A stretch of DNA of 64,000 nt from Styela clava (lineage: Eukaryota), in the NCBI RefSeq assembly GCF_964204865.1, contig NC_135251.1:6634001-6698000 (forward strand), given 5' to 3'. Made by a program: the position numbers and the translations under genes. This document shows positions 26,366 through 39,995 of this stretch, in pieces. The notes beneath the pieces were generated by a model, which searched no databases, was not told the origin of the DNA, and saw only the letters and a list, made by a program, of their open reading frames with translations. Positions within the stretch are counted from its first letter, which is position 1, and each line of letters starts with the position of its first letter.

Positions 26366-27456
26366 TATATTTTTGAAGTTTCCTGAGCTGTAATAACATT
26401 TAATAATGCTATGGTGATTTATTGTATGTTTATACCAAATAACCTATTTACGATCCATTGACCGACCTTGATATTAAATCAATTAAATGGTATATAGTGA
26501 GTGAGATGTTTTTGTCAAAAATAGAGAACGTATGGAATAACGTAGTGTCAGTAACTGCCGATATATCAAAAAGTTTAAACTTCAAACTTTTAGAGTATAC
26601 GCCGGACGATGGCGCTGTGGTGTCACCTCAAATTCGTCATGTATTATTCGATTCGCTCATTATCGGGGCATCCGCCTTTTTTTAACAATTCCAAAATAAA
26701 AATCGACGAAAACGATCATTTAGCAATTTTTCTTTTTTAAATGAATTACTTTCCAAAAATATACGTAGGAATTTAAAATGTAAAAACCAATTAACTTTTT
26801 TTCACAATACAATCGTTTAATCTACTAACCAATTCGAAGACAGCGTATTATTGAATTCCAATTTGTCGAATCAATCAATACATTTGTTTGTAAAGTAGTT
26901 TGTCTAAAGAAGAATCAGAAATAATTTTCAAATTGAATCTTCAATCCTGCTCACGGTAATGTCAACAATAATAATATGTTCAAGTAACAAAAAAACAAAC
27001 AAACGCGAAAAAGTCAAATATGGCAAAACAAACAGTTCCTTGCCTAAAAAATTGCGGTACCAGATATAATTCTTCCATTTAGATATAGTTCATTTGTTTG
27101 TATGAAAACTTAGAGGCAGAGTTTAAAAAGCTTTGTTTCGTTATTATTTGTATTTAAATTGCTTGTTTTGCGATCTTTGTACTTGCTTCATTTTTACTAT
27201 TTCAAAATATGTTCTAAATATCTTTGATTGTCCTACTTAAAACTACTTTTTCATTTACCAGAGCAAGAAGTGAAAAAAAATTCAATTTTCTAATATGAAC
27301 TTACTCCCTATTTGATAGTCGTTATTTCATCCATCTTTAGTGATAATCGTCGAAGACAATCTTTTAAAATTTTCTGAGAATGTTCTGATATTTTGGCTAA
27401 TTGTGCTTATATTATATTTATATTTTATATTAATCTAAATTATGTTTGTTCTAACT

Positions 27457-28454
27457 CAGGCCTGCACAACATACGGCCCGCGGGCCGCATGCGGCCCGCT
27501 AGATACTTCGGTGCGGCCCGCAGGTGATTTGGAAACACGCCACTTCTCGGGTCTAACAATCAAAGCCGGCATTGTTATGCAAGCGCGCCGCTACTCGGAT
27601 CATATTCGAAATCGTGAGATTTAGGTTTTGCACTAGTTTCAATAAATATCAAACTTTGTATGAAATTGGTGTGCCCTTCGCGACCCCTAAAATTCGTCGC
27701 TCGACCCCTCGCCCCCCAGTTTGGGAAACCCTGATTTAGATATCTCAGTATTCAGACTGAATCACGTTTAAAACAATATCGGTATACAATCTCACACCCA
27801 TTAGTGCATATTAGCAACCTATTAATAATTTATTATTTTACATTATTTTTTAATAGCAGTTTATGAAACTGAAGTTTATTTTTTGATTCAAATTTAGAAC
27901 CTAAAAAACAATTTCTTCATTTATGAATGGTGCAGGAATTCTCGCACAAAAGATTTTGCTCTTTACTGTAAAACTTCAAATAAATTGGAGCAGATTTTGT
28001 TGAAAAATCTAATTTAACAGACAGAAATATCCAATAAGGGTAGATATGACTAAATAAATTGTCATACATATATTTGGGACGTTTTTACAAAACTGAACCT
28101 GAGTAAAATATTTTCCTGCAGTCAGTTTTTTACTGCAACACGCAATACCTAATTCTAATAAAAAAGAAATATTGGAAAATGAAGGGTGGGTTTTCAAGGT
28201 AGATGAACCACTAAATACATATTTGTCATTTCATATGCTAAAATACGCTACCTTGTTTTTACCCAAGAAAATAAGATTTTTCATCTTTTTAAGCTCCCCA
28301 GTAATGAAAATGTTTCATTAAATTCAATTGTTTCACAATATTATTTTGATATGTAGTTCATCTTGTGAAATATGTATGTGGCAAAGTTTGCGGCCCGCCG
28401 GGCCTTCGGATTTATGCTTGCGGCCCTCGTGGTAATTTGAGTTGTGCAGGCCTG
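27457..28454. mobile_element. hAT-type MITE (998 bp)
   Basis: Perfect 14-bp TIR CAGGCCTGCACAAC. Perfect 8-bp TSD TTCTAACT (27449-27456, 28455-28462). Empty site at ~33890. Contains the end of another MITE at ~27680-27733. Confidence 0.95.
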
Positions 28455-29831
28455 TTCTAACTGAAATCCGTAGAGAAATTATTAGCTACATGGAATATCC
28501 GGTCTTTAACGTAATAAAAACCTAAAAATTCATAAAGATTGTTAAGTAATGAGAATGGATAGGAAAAAAAATCACAATACATTACAAACAAAAATCGTAA
28601 AATAACTTTTCGCTTCAATTATTCATATTCTTTATCTGAAAGATTCAAAATTATAAAACAAAGCACCACATTTCAAATAAACGGTGTCTAATTGTTGTAG
28701 CGGAAATATAGAAATTCTATTAAATTTTCCTATCAATCTTTCAAGCGTAAAAGTGAAAAGCCTATATAAAACACTTCAGTGTCATATAAAATATAAAAAA
28801 ATAAGGCTTCTGTTATTTTATGTAATCCTACTTATAATATTTATGGTGGTAATCAATTTAAACTTTTATGAATTTGCTTCTATTTTAACCCAAATCAGTG
28901 AATCATTCTGAATGAACTATATCCTGTGAAATTCAAAAGTTGTCTTAGCAGTCCAAGTCGTTTTCAATAATTGTTACGTGAAATATAGTATTAGTGAATG
29001 TACCGTCAGTTCATGGCGCTATAGCGTGGTCTTTAGTCCATGTTTCTCTAAATTTGGGTGAAAGGTTTTCGATAACAATAAATTTGGACCCCCTTCATTG
29101 TAAACCGATATCCTGAAAATATCTCGATTCATTAGAAATCTCCAATCGAGACTTCGCAACAATAATGTTTCAGTAACTGTATTCTTTGGCATGCCATGAA
29201 GCACGGAAAATATTAGCATGAATCGCTTACGTTAAACGTACGAACGACACAATTTCCGATAATTGTTGTTATTGATTATTGGTATTATTTTCAATTTAGC
29301 ACTAAGTGTCTGTTTTAAAATGGCACCTTTCACTCTCCCAAAATGTACCAAGACAATTATGCGGCTCCATTTTCTTATGAGCTCCTATTTACAAGTATTT
29401 ACGAAAATTTGCAATAATATCAAAATTATAACAAAAGCGTCATGTTTGTTTTGGTACGTTTTTACAGCGTCATAGTTAAAAAAAAATACACTACTTGAAT
29501 TTTTCAGTATTTAAAACTTTACCAATAAAAACTCGCTCTTGTCGCTGAATCATGTCACTGAAACAATAAGATTGTAATTTCAGCACTAGGTGACAACAGA
29601 GTGCTATTCGATTATGTCTCTTATGGGTTGTAACCTAATGACCTCATAAATTATAATAATTTAGGAATAAAACCTTGAAACATGTTTGGAGTAGATAAAA
29701 CTATTTGCTCATACTTAAGATTTAAAAGGAAAAGAATGTCATATGTCTGCAGTTTTGGCTTCACTTGTTTGGTGCCACAGTAAACGCATTATCATGTATG
29801 TCAACGTTCAATCGTTTTAATTTATTACAAC

Positions 29832-32800
29832 AAATTTGATTTCATGGGTAAATTTATATATGTGTATAGCACTAGATTCACCGATTCGTCATCTTTTTTA
29901 GATAAAAATTTCACATAATTTTGAGGGTGATTTAGAAGGATAAGCATGCGTTATTTTTGTGTTAGTGTTACCTTAGTCCGTTATCAACAATTTTGTGTTC
30001 AGCGTGACCAGGAGCGCATGGCCTTTTGAGGAAGGGACTGTTTTTGTTTTTTCTTTGTTATTGTGAAATAAGGAATTAATGCTTTTCTTTCTTATTATTG
30101 TCGTCGAACGTGAAGGCTCGAGGTTATCGTTTGCCACTTTCAGGCTGGGACCAGACAGACTTGCGTTGTGGTAGGGAAACACCTGCTTTTGCGTAATTGT
30201 CTGCTGTGTCACTTCAAGTTAATTTATACCTAATAATTGGATGGCGTATTCTTGATTTTGGGAGAAATCTGATGTAATAATATATAAAATAATAAAAACA
30301 TATATATTTATTAGGAAAATATTGTGTATAAAACAACAGCTTTATTTATTGAACGAAATAAACTTGAGTTTAAAAATTAACGTTGAGCTGAGATGTTGAC
30401 TTGATAAGCTCAATCATATTTATCTAAAAATGAATAAATCAATTCATTTTAGTTTTTCGTCAGTTGGCCCTTAAATTCGTAAATGTTTATAGCAGTAATA
30501 GCCTTTCTATTAATTTTGTGTAATTTCTTGTGTTGCTAATTTAAATGATATTTAATATATGATGCTTCTTGTTTATCATTTAAGCATTACAATACATATT
30601 ATGAATATGGCATTTTGAATATTGAATGTTTTTTTGGGTACATTTGTAATATTCTGCGAGTTTTGAACAAGCTTTTATGCAGGAAGACTCGTACAAATTG
30701 GAACTTTCACAGTGGAAATATTATTATAATTTTGAGATCAATTTGCAATTAGTAGTTGCGTTTTAGTTTACCGGATATTTACGCATGGATTTAAGAGCGC
30801 AATAAAAACTAAATACATAGCAAGACAACGCAATAACAAGGTGCTCAATGTTTGCTGGTAATGTGAAATACCTATTTAGGTTTATCTCTCTCTTTTATCT
30901 CTTATATTTACTATTATTGGCTCCTTCTTGATAGGTTGTTGCCATTTTCAAAAAAATTATAGTTTAGAATTTTAGAAAGCATATATGCTCAAGTGATTTC
31001 GAAGCAAGAAGGCCAGATTGATAATAGAAGTGCATGCACAATTGCCTTGAAATGAGCTATTTAAAATATTTATGATTATCATGTTTCGTTTATAGCCAAT
31101 GAATAAGTTTTTATTAGATAGCTACCAGAGAATCTAATTATTTATTAAAAGTGTGACAATACTCGCCGTAGTCAAAAAATTGACATTAAACTTTATCTAT
31201 AAATAAGTCTTTGGAAAGGATCGGAAATTTAGCAATTTTGTTTAACGGCAATTCAATATTGTGCTTTTCAAAAAACTTTTGATATAGAAAAGTCTAGTCA
31301 AACTGACAGATTGGTTTAACATTATTCTTGATTAATACGATCTTGCTATATTGTAAAATGTATACCCCTGCCCACATCTTTAAATAATTAACATCTTGTA
31401 AATTTAATCATTTGTTTTGAAATTAGCACGTTAAAAATCTCACGTTACCATTTGAAATATTCAAACTCATGTAACATTAAAATGGATTAACAATTAACAA
31501 ATTTATGTCAATTTATTAGTGAACAGGAAACTTTTAGATCTTAAATGTTGGACTTTTGTGTTTAATATTTAATATTGCTAGTTTTTTAAGCTTTATTGGC
31601 TTGCACAGCAGAAGAAATTTTATTTTAAAAGTGTTTTTTAACATCATCGAGTGTTAAAATTACTTTTATATAAGTTTCCTTATACCACAGAGTTTAGTCA
31701 TATTTGTACAGCATTGCTGAACTAGGCAGAATACATTGTACATTATTTGAACCAGTAGTTGAATTTAACTTTTGAATAAAAATTTCCTGTGTTTGAGCTT
31801 TGTACTTCCTTTGGTAATAAATTTATTTTCCAAGTCTCGTAATTGTTCAATAGTTTCATTTTTATTATATAATTATATCAATTGTATTCACATTAGTATA
31901 GGAAAAAACTGTAGTAAGCAATTCACTTTACATTTTTGTAACAAGCGGATTTTGGAGTGTTTTTTAAAATTATGGTATTTTTATATTATTTGAAATATGA
32001 TTTGTAGCTTTGGATATTTAATGTTTGATATCAGTGTTTGGAATGTTTGAAATTCATTTCAATATACAAAGCAAAATGTAAAAAGAAGTTGCAAGTGAAG
32101 TTTAAACTAATATGCATGACTGGTGCTAAAATATTCATTTTACAAATTGATACTTGGGTTGTTAAGCCGTGCTAGTTCAGTTTTCTTAGACAAAAAATAT
32201 TGCTCCTATATTGCTGAAAACGTTTACTCGAACTAAATAGGCCGATGCGTTTCACCGCTAAGCCGGTCACGTTATAATGGTATTATTATGTTCTAATGTA
32301 ATTGTAAACTAGACGTCCACCTTCCATCATGTCGACTTGCGCGTTTAGTTAAGCTAACAGAAAAGTAAGTTTGGACGAGTCTATCATCTTACAAATTCAA
32401 TTCAATCATCGGTTCAAAAGCCATAAAAATACTCTAGCTATTTGCATCATTATGGCCTTGTAAAAACGGATTATATGCTATGGCTGAAATTAAAACCCAA
32501 AAAGGTGAGCGAAAGAACCTCGTTTTAATTGTTTTTTTTAAACCTTTTTTAGAACAAATAATTTGTTTAAAGCTTACTTTTCTTACAAGTGTGCCGCAAT
32601 TTTTTTTTTTTGGCTTAGTGCGCCGCGAGCAAAAACAGTTTGAAAACCATTACTTGACTTTCGATTTTATTTATAAGATGCAGCTAGATATTACCAACAT
32701 AAATCTGGATTTTGATAAATACCGTCACCCATAATACTTATGATCATATAAACAATCAATCCTTTGAATAAACTTTTTAATCCTTTTCATTTTTCCATCT

Positions 32801-35647
32801 ACTGAAAAACAATAATTCAACCTATATATATTTTTTTAACTTGGTTGTAAGCTGTAGTAGCATTATATAATGCTATGGTGAAATATTGTATGTTTAAACC
32901 AATTGCCTTTCCGACCTTGATATTAAATCAATAAGATGGTATATAGTAAGTGATATGTTTTTGTCAAAAAAAATAAAATGAATAGGTAACGTATAGTCAG
33001 AAACTGCAAATTTATTTAAAAAGTTTAAACTTCAAGCTTAAGAGTATACGCCAGACGATGGCGCTGTGGTTTCACCTAAAATTGGTCATGTTTATTTTGA
33101 TTTTCACGTCTCGGGGATCCGCCTTTATTTAGCAATTTAGAAATAAAAACCAAAGAAAACGATCATTTCGCAACTTTTCTTTTTTAAATGAAGTACTTTC
33201 CAAAAATACATGTAAGAATTTAAAATTTAAAAATCAATTAATTTTTTTCACAATACAATCGTTTAATCTACTAACCAATTCGAAGACAGCGTATTATTGA
33301 ATTCCAATTTGTCGAATCAATACATTTGTTTGTAAAGTAGTTTTTCTAAAGAAGAATCAGAAATGTTTTTCAAATTGAATCTTCAATCCTGCTCACGGTA
33401 ATGTCAACAATAATATGTTCAAGTAACAAAAAAACAAACAAACGCGAAAAAGTCAAATATGGCAAAACAAACAGTTCCTTGCTTGAAAAATTGCGGTATC
33501 AGATATAGTTCTTCCATTTTAGATATAGTTTATTTGTTTGTATGAAAACTTAGAGGCAGAGTTTAAAAAGCGTTGTTTCGTTATTATTTGTATTTAAATT
33601 GCTTGTTTTGCGATCTTTGTACTTGCATCATTTTTACTATTTCAAAATATGTTCTAAATATCTTTGATTGTCCTACTTAAAACTACTTTTTTATTTACCA
33701 GAGCAAGAAGTGAAATAAAATTCAATTTTCTAATATAAACTTACTCCTTATTTGATAGTCGTTATTTCATCAATCTTTAGTTATAATCGTCGAAGACAAT
33801 CTTTTAAAATTTTCTGAGAATGTTCTGATATTTTGGCTATTTGTGCTTATATTATATTTATATTTTATATTTAATCTAAATTATGTTTCTTCTAACTGAA
33901 ATCCGTAGAGAAATTATTAGCTACATAAAATATCCGGTCTTTAACGTAATAAAAACCTAAAAATTCATAAAGATTGTTAAGTAACGAGAATGGATAGAAA
34001 AAAATGACAATACATTAGAAACAAAAATCGTAAAATAACTTTTCGCTTCAATTATTCATTTTTTTTATCTCAAAGATTCAAAATTTTAAAACAAAGCACC
34101 ACATTTCAAATTTTGTAAAGGGGAAATTATGAACAATTATTCAGATGGATATATACTTGCGATTTAAAAAATGTTATTCCGAAAACACGTGATAAACATT
34201 CGAGTAGACGGTTTTAACCCGTGTCAGTCGCGATGTGTTTGCATAAGATAAGTTTGTTTTACCAAGCTTAAATTTGGTGATAAGTATGATTAATGATGTT
34301 TGTTAACTGTGTGAATAACAGGGTCGTCTATTGTGCGAAATCGTGGAACTTTTCAGATTGCAATAATTATCTGGAATCGAAACTTTTAATAACATCTTCC
34401 TATATACACATTGTAATGTTTTTATATTTTTGACACAAAATTTCTTGCACATAGTTAAAATTTGTGCCTAATAATTTAAATAAATTGGGTCGAATTGTTG
34501 TAGCGGAAATATAGGAATTCTATTAAATTTTCCTATTAATCTTTCAAGCGTAAAAGTGAAAAGCCTGTATAAAACACTTCAGTGTCATATAAAATATAAA
34601 AAAATAAGGCTCCTGTTATTTTATGTAATCCTACTTATAATATTTATGGTGGTAATCAATTTAAACTTTTATGAACTTGCTTCTCAACCCAAATCAGTGA
34701 ATCATTCTGAATGAACTATATCCTGTGAAATTCAAAAGTTGTCTTAGCAGTCTAAGTCGTTTTCAATAATTGTCACGTGAAACATAGTATTAGTGAATGT
34801 ACTCGTCAGTTCATGGCGCTATAGCGTGGTCTTTAATCCATGGTTCGCTTAATTTGGGTGAAAGCTTTTCGATAACAATAAATTTGGACCCCCTTCATTG
34901 TAAACCGATATCCTGAAAATATCTCGATTCATTTGAAATCTCCAATCGAGACTTCGCAACAATAACGTTTCAGTAACTGTATTCTTTGGCATGCCATGAA
35001 GCACGGAAAATATTAGCATGAATCGCTTACGTTAAACGTACGAACCACACAATTTCCGATAATTGTTGTTACTGATTATTGTTATTATTTTCAATTTAGC
35101 ACTAAGTGTCTGTTTTAAAATGGCACCTTTCACTATCCCAAAATGTAAAGGACCAAAATGTACCAAGACAATTATGCGGCTTCATTTTCTTATGAGCTCC
35201 TATTTACAAGTATTTACGAAAATTTGCAATAATATTCAAATTATAACAAAAGCGTCATGTTTGTTTTGGTAAGTTTTTACAGCGTCAGAGTTGAAAAAAA
35301 AATACACTACTTGAATTTTTCAGTATTTAAAACTTTACAAATAAAAACTCGCTCTTGTCGCTGAATCATGTCACTGAAACAATAAGATTGTAATTTCAGC
35401 ACTAGGTGACAACAGAGTGCTATTCGATTATGTCTCTTATGGGTTGTAACCTAATGACCTCATAAATTATAATAATTTAGGAATAAAACCTTGAAACATG
35501 TTTGGAGTAGATAAAACTATTTGCTCATACTTAAGTTTTAAAAAGAAAAGAATGTCATATGTCTGCAGTTTTGGCGTCACTTGTTTGGTGCCACAGTAAA
35601 CGCATTATCATGTATGTCAACGTTCAATCGTTTTAATTTATTACAAC
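29832..35647 (+). repeat. Tandem segmental duplication, copy 2
   Basis: High identity to copy 3 over 29.83-32.33 kb, with ~0.93 kb missing at ~30225, and to copy 1 over 32.85-35.65 kb. Confidence 0.92.
29966..30213. mobile_element. Possible solo-LTR-like insert (second copy at 35781-36038)
   Basis: GC-richer ~250-bp segment bounded by TGTTAC..GTCACA in the 35781-36038 copy; not seen in copy 1. No clean TSD. Confidence 0.3.
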
Positions 35648-38600
35648 GAATTTGATTTTATGGGTAAATTTATATATGTGTATAGCACTAGATTCACCGA
35701 TTCGTCATTTCTTTTAAATAAAAATTTCACATAATTTTGAGGTTGATTTAGAAGGATAAGCATGCGTTATTTTTGTGTTGTGTTACCTTAGTCTGTTCCC
35801 CCTGTTATCAACAATTTTTGTGTTCAGCGTTACCAGGAGCGCATGGCCTCTTGAGGGAGGGACTGTTTTTGTTTTTTCTTTGTTATTGTGAAATAAGGAA
35901 TTAATGCTTTTCTTTCCTATTATTGCCGTCGAAAGTGAAGGCTCGAGGTTATCGTTCGCCACTTTCAGGCTGGGACCAGACAGACTTGCGTTGTGGTAGG
36001 TAAACACCTGCTTTGGCGTAATTGTCTGCTGTGTCACATTAAGTTAATTTATGTTGTAAATATGTTAAATTCGCAGTCTAAACTAATAGACTTCTAATTT
36101 TTAGCGTAGATTACGTTTTAAAATAAATGAATAATTTGAGACATATTCGGGTGTAAATAAATATAAAGATAAAGGAAAAAACCATGATATATTTATGATC
36201 CAGGTATCTCACGTTGTTGAATAGCGGATTTTTTAATGCCATTGAAACATCAAGCAGAGTGTATTGTTTATATTTCTTGTTTAATTTTTCAAAAACGTTA
36301 ACTTGACATCTTCAATTTATAAAGTCATAAAAAAGTGGTTGCAATACCGGGAAAATGTATTTAGGAGCGGCACAATATCTGACACGACAAATGTATGTAT
36401 TCGCGAATCATTAACAATGCTTTTGTATATATTGCGCGATAATATAACGTGGAATGAATCAATATTCTTATAAGTGAAATATATTTTAGAGTTTAGACGA
36501 TATATCATTCTCCTAGTCTATCAAAATTTTTGTTTTAATAATATCGAAATATGATTCCCTCATAGTTTCGGAGAGAAGATTCGTATATTTGGAAACAATC
36601 CATAACAATTTGACAGGTCTGCAATAGGAATTGGTTACTTCAATGAAAAGTGAATAAAGATTAATAATTTTACATATTTTCAAAAGTGCTTATCAAAAAC
36701 AAACAGAGTGGAAACTGCTGTCTCACGAACATTTCAATGGGACGATCTCGTCAAAACATAAACACATCATGCATTGACCAAGCGTAATCTCTATCGATTT
36801 TATTATAGTTTACGCGTGGTAACAATATATAAAACAATATGATATATTTAATCATTAACAAATTTTATGTCACTGATCGGAGCAATACATTGTACGAGTA
36901 ACTTTAATATATCGCTCTACTGTTACTAATATGGTATAGCACAATTGTCAGGTTGCATTTTTTAGATTTGTCAAAGGCAATGATTATACCTAATAATTAG
37001 ATGGCGTATTCTTGATTTTGGGAGAAATCTGATGTATTAATATATAAAATAATAAAAACATATATATTTATTAGGAAAAATATTGTGTATAAGACAACAG
37101 CTTTGTTTATTGAACGAAATAAACTTGATTTTAAAAATTAACGTTAAGCTGAGATGTTGACCTGATAAGCTCAATCATATTCAACTAAAAATGAATAAAT
37201 CAATACATTTTAGTTTTTCGTCAGTTGGCCCTTAAATTCGTAAATGTTTATAGCAGTAATACCCTTTCTATTAATTTTGTGTAATTTCTTGTGTTGCTAC
37301 TTTAAATGATAATTAATATCTGATGCTTCTTGTTTATCATTTAAGTATTACAATACATATTATGAATATGCCATTTTGAATATTGAATGTTTTTTTTTGG
37401 TTGCATTTGTAATATTCTGCGAGTTTTGAACAGGCTTTTATGCAGGAAGACTCAACAAATTGGAACTTTCACAGTGGAAATATTATTATAATTTTGAGAT
37501 CAATTGGAAATTAGTAGTTGCGTTTTGGATTACCGGATATTTACGCATGGATTTAAGAGCGCAATAAAAACTAAATACATAGCAAGACAACGCAATAACA
37601 AGGTGCTCAATGTTTGCTGGTAATGTAAAATAACTATTTAGGTTTATCTCTCTCTTTTATTGGATAATTAATATTTTTGGCTCCTTCTTGTTAGGTTGTT
37701 ACTTTTTTCAAAAAAAATATAATTTAGAATTTTAAAAAGCATATATATATGCTCAAGTGATTTCGAAGCAAGAAGGCCAGATTGATAATAGAAGTGCATG
37801 CACAATTGCCTTGAAATGAGCTATTTAAAATATTTATAATTATCATGTTTCGTTTATAGCCAATGAATAAGTTTTTATTCGATAGCTACCAGAGAATCTA
37901 AATATTTATTAAAAGTGTGACAATACTCGTCGTGGTCAAAAAATTGACGTTAAATTTGATCTATAAATAAGTCTTTGGAAAGAATCGGAAATTTAGCAAT
38001 TTTGTTCAACGGCAATTAAATATTGTGCTTTTCAAAAAACTTTTGATATAGAAAAGTCTAGTCAAACTGACAGATTGGTTTAACATTATTCTTGAATAAT
38101 ACGATCTTGCTATATTGTAAAATGTATATCTCTTGTCACATTTTTAAATAATTAACATATTGTAAATTTAAACATTTGTTTTGAAATTTAAAATCTCACG
38201 TTACCATTTGAAATATTCAAACTCATGTAACATTAAAATGGATTAACAATTAACAAATTTATGTCAATTTATTAGTGAACAGGAAACTTTTAGATCTGAA
38301 ATGTTGGACTTTTGTGTTTAATATTTAATATTGCTAGTTTTATAGGCTTTATTGGCTTGCACAGCAGAAGAAATTTTATTTTAAAAGTGTTTTTTAACAT
38401 CATCAAGTGTTAAAATTACTCTTATATAAGTTTCCTTATACCACAGAGTTTAGTCATATTTGTACAGCATTGCTGAACTAGGCAGAATACATTGTAAATT
38501 ATTTGAACCAGTAGTTGAATTTAACTTTTGAATAAAAATTTCCTGTGTTTGAGCTTTGTACTTCCTTTGGTAGTAAATTTATTTTCTAAGTCTCGTAATT

Positions 38601-39995
38601 GTTCAATAGTTTCATTTTTATTATATAATTATATCAATTGTATTCACATTAGTATAGGAAAAACTATAGTAAGCAATTCACTTACAATTTTTGTAATAAG
38701 CGGAGATTTTGGAGTGTTTTTCAAAATTATGGTATTTTTATATTATATGAAAAATGATTTGTAGCTTTGGATATTTAATGTTTGATATCAGTGTTTGGAA
38801 TGTTTGAAATTCATTTCAATACACAAAGCAAAATGCAAAAAGAAGTTGCAAATGAAGTTCAAACTAATATGCATGATTGGTGCTAAAATATTCATTTTAC
38901 AAATTGATACTTGGGTTGTTAAGCCGTGCTAGTTCAGTTTTCTTAGACAAAAAATATTGCTCCTATATTGCTGAAAACGTTTACTCGAACTAAATAGGTC
39001 GATGCGTTTCACCGCTAAGCCGGTCACGTTATAATGGTATTATTATGTTCTAATGTAATTGTAAACAAGACGTCCACCTGGCAAAATTTTTTACCCCCGG
39101 TCCCAAATCTTTGCCCACCCTTGCATTAACCAATTAAAACTCATGTCAAACACTATTGATCGCTCATAACAATGATGTCGCCGCTAGTCGCCTTCAAAAA
39201 CTATATATTCTTTTTGGAATACACGTGAACATTAGCGCAATACTTTTGAGTCTTCGATTCGCGTAAAATAGAAACATGCTCTGGATCAACCTAGGGGAGA
39301 ATTTATTAATACCTCATTAAAATCGACTTTATTACGTGCAATCTTTTCCCTAAAGAGGGAGCAATGGAAAACATGGAAAATGTTAGAATTTTTACATGCA
39401 CTACTGAATTGCAATCAGATGTATTGACGAGTGGCATCTACCATTTGCGCACACGACATAATAAGAAGTATTCGGAATTATGTAGAAGCATTGTAGTCAG
39501 AAGCTTTTTATTTTTCATATTGGCATGTAAGAATTTCGGAATAGCCGCCTAGAATTAACAGTGGTATGAGCTACGACGTATGTTTGTGAGCGCACGTTGC
39601 TGTAGCATGGTCAAAAATAGTGTTTTTCTGCTTTTCCATTATGATGTCACGAGCTCGACAGATTCGATTCGAGTCCTTGACCTATTACTCTGATTCGTCA
39701 AATCTCAATCTGTAATGCCGGACTCGTCCCATCCCTACCTTCCACACGTCGACTTGCGCGCTTAGTTAGGCTAACAGGAAAGTAAGCTTGGTAATTGCTT
39801 AAAAATTCTGTTCAATCTTCAGTTAAAGAGCCATAAAAATGTTCTAGCCGTTTGCAGTTTCATGGCTCTGTAAAAACGTATTATTTTCTATGGCCAAACT
39901 TAAAAGCAAAAAAGGGCGGGACGGAATCTCAATTTAAAAATCGGGCACACACATCGCATTAACATTTGCAGAATAATTTGTTCAAAGCTAACTTC
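35648..39995 (+). repeat. Tandem segmental duplication, copy 3 (partial)
   Basis: Collinear with copies 1 and 2 up to ~39995, interrupted by an insert at ~39080-39737. Confidence 0.9.
39080..39737. mobile_element. Composite insert of MITE end fragments
   Basis: Splits GTCCACCT|TCCACACGTCGAC, which is intact at 24997 and 45007. Contains two different MITE-like right ends (TTTGCCCACCCTTG at ~39110-39123; GACTCGTCCCATCCCTA at ~39721-39737) with no matching left ends. Confidence 0.55.

Larger units (their letters stand above)
21504..29831 (+). repeat. Tandem segmental duplication, copy 1 (contains MITE insertions)
   Basis: Anchor AATTTATATATG..AGCACTAGAT..CATAATTTTGAGG recurs at ~21523, 29851 and 35667. 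21.77-25.0 kb aligns with 36.37-39.08 kb, and 26.4-29.8 kb aligns with 32.85-35.65 kb. Confidence 0.9.

Noticed and set aside
29583-29633. Repeated TTTCAG-preceded mini-ORF ALGDNRVLFDYVSYGL-stop as an alternative terminal coding exon (7 copies)
   Set aside because: Counting differences among copies by hand gives about 14 non-synonymous to 7 synonymous, compatible with neutral change. No upstream coding exons were found.
29682-29760. Module as a spliced-leader RNA gene
   Set aside because: No match to the tunicate or nematode SL exon sequences I recall, and the candidate GT is not conserved (absent at 43891, 55893, 59791). Only the Sm-like word remains and is reported under the module finding.
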